This document shows, piece by piece, positions 62,880 to 64,000 of a DNA stretch of 64,000 nt. The notes beneath the pieces are model-generated. The model did no database searches. It was given only the letters and a program-made list of their open reading frames with translations, and was not told the DNA's origin. The position numbers and the translations under genes are program-made. Numbering within the stretch: the stretch's first letter is position 1; the number at the start of each line of letters is the position of its first letter. The stretch is from contig CBDBKE010000003.1 of NCBI GenBank assembly GCA_965206645.1, positions 512,001 through 576,000 on the forward strand, given 5' to 3'. This DNA comes from Terriglobia bacterium. Lineage in GTDB: Bacteria; Acidobacteriota; Terriglobia; JAJPHL01; JAPKYU01.

Positions 62880-64000
62880 CTAGCCGGGCGAAACCAGGGG
62901 AGTTTGCGAATAGGCCTGGGCGCGGCGGATGCGTTTCTCCACCGAGGGGTGGCTGTGGAAGAGGAACTCCAGTAGCGGATGGGGGCGGCGCTCGCTCAAG
63001 TTCTGAGCCGCTAGTTTCTCCATGCTGGAGATAAACGGATCAACCCGAGAGATGGCGCGCAGGGCGTAATCGTCGGCCTGCCGCTCAAAATAGCGGGAGA
63101 CGCTGTTCACCACCGGGAGCAGCACAAGCGAAAGAGCGGCGCCGACCAGCGCCAGCAGCGGCAAGTTGGCGAAATCGTCCAGGCCGAGGAAGCCGAACCG
63201 AGGCGTGAAGACACGCAAAGCCACGTCGGCCAGCCAGAACCCAGCGAAGCCGGTCGCCGCCTGAAGCGCCAGTGACTTGCCGATGTGATGATGGACGTGA
63301 TGCGCCAGCTCGTGCGCCAGGATGGACTCAATCTCCTCCGGCGAGTAGTTTTCCAGCAGAGTATCGGCCAGCAGGATGCGGCGCGTGTTGCCCCAGCCGG
63401 TCAGCGCGGCGTTGGCCTTGCGGCTCTTCGCGCTCAGCTTCCACTCGAAGATGCCGCGGACGCGCGTTCCGGCGCGGTCGCAGAGGCCGAGTAGCCGCTG
63501 GTTGATTTCCTTGTCCTGGAGCGGGCGGAACTTGTAAAACAGCGGGAACAGCAACACTGGGGCCAGGTTTGCCAGGGCTACCACGAATAGCAGGAAGACA
63601 GCCCAGGCGATCAGCCACCAGTGTTCAGGGAAGGAGCGAAGCAGGCGGTAGAGGACCTGCGTGGCCACGAGCGCCAGTGCAACACCCAGCGCGAAGCCTT
63701 TGGCTTGATCTTTCACCCAGGCCGCGCGGGTCTGGTTCGAAAGCCCGTAGCGGTGTTCCAGTACGTATCCGGAGTAATAGTCCAGCGGCAGTCCCAGGGC
63801 TTTTCCCAGCAGCGCTAGCAGCGCGGTGTAACACAGCAGGGCGACGCCGAAGTTGCGGGCCATTGCCCAGGCGAAGTCGCAAAGGACGGCTGACCAGCCC
63901 AGCAGCAGCAGCGCTGCCAGCCAGACCCAGCCGAGCAGGAAGTCGGCCAGCCGGAGGTAGCGCCGCGCGCGCTGGTAGCGCCGGGCGCGCGCCTCCTCCT
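62880..64000 (-). CDS. M48 family (Ste24-like) zinc metalloprotease, 5'-truncated by window edge
   Basis: ANAALTG, AHELAH, ERQADDYA, HSHPS; frame open to the window end. Confidence 0.93.
   Translation of the reverse strand, partial: EEARARRYQRARRYLRLADFLLGWVWLAALLLLGWSAVLCDFAWAMARNFGVALLCYTALLALLGKALGLPLDYYSGYVLEHRYGLSNQTRAAWVKDQAKGFALGVALALVATQVLYRLLRSFPEHWWLIAWAVFLLFVVALANLAPVLLFPLFYKFRPLQDKEINQRLLGLCDRAGTRVRGIFEWKLSAKSRKANAALTGWGNTRRILLADTLLENYSPEEIESILAHELAHHVHHHIGKSLALQAATGFAGFWLADVALRVFTPRFGFLGLDDFANLPLLALVGAALSLVLLPVVNSVSRYFERQADDYALRAISRVDPFISSMEKLAAQNLSERRPHPLLEFLFHSHPSVEKRIRRAQAYSQTPLVSPG

Overview
GC-rich bacterial chromosomal window, most likely Acidobacteriota, judging by the RpoB insert, the RpoD/GWxTD/PDZ-kinase gene content and the small lineage-type ORFs. 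It is mostly housekeeping: rpoB-rpoC, argD, tyrS, a pur cluster lacking purS with lepB embedded, an NtrC-family two-component pair, dnaG-rpoD, a fadN-fadA-fadE beta-oxidation operon, glk, mutM, an ECF sigma/anti-sigma operon and guaA. Three things stand out. (1) An orphan cas6 ends the fad operon, lies directly behind a Pnk-like P-loop kinase, and overlaps a solitary 36-nt CRISPR-repeat-like unit that is followed by a perfect 20-bp inverted repeat and more repeat-like fragments; there is no array and no other cas gene in the window. (2) A complete 2.84-kb IS1595-family element (25-bp TIRs, 8-bp TSD) carries a lower-GC cargo: an unknown ~270-aa protein coupled to a PIN nuclease that looks attenuated. 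(3) A small coiled-coil protein with eight AT-hook-like motifs sits behind a near-consensus leaderless promoter. The window also holds many REP-like palindromes, heptamer tracts, short tandem duplications and two pseudogene-like pieces.
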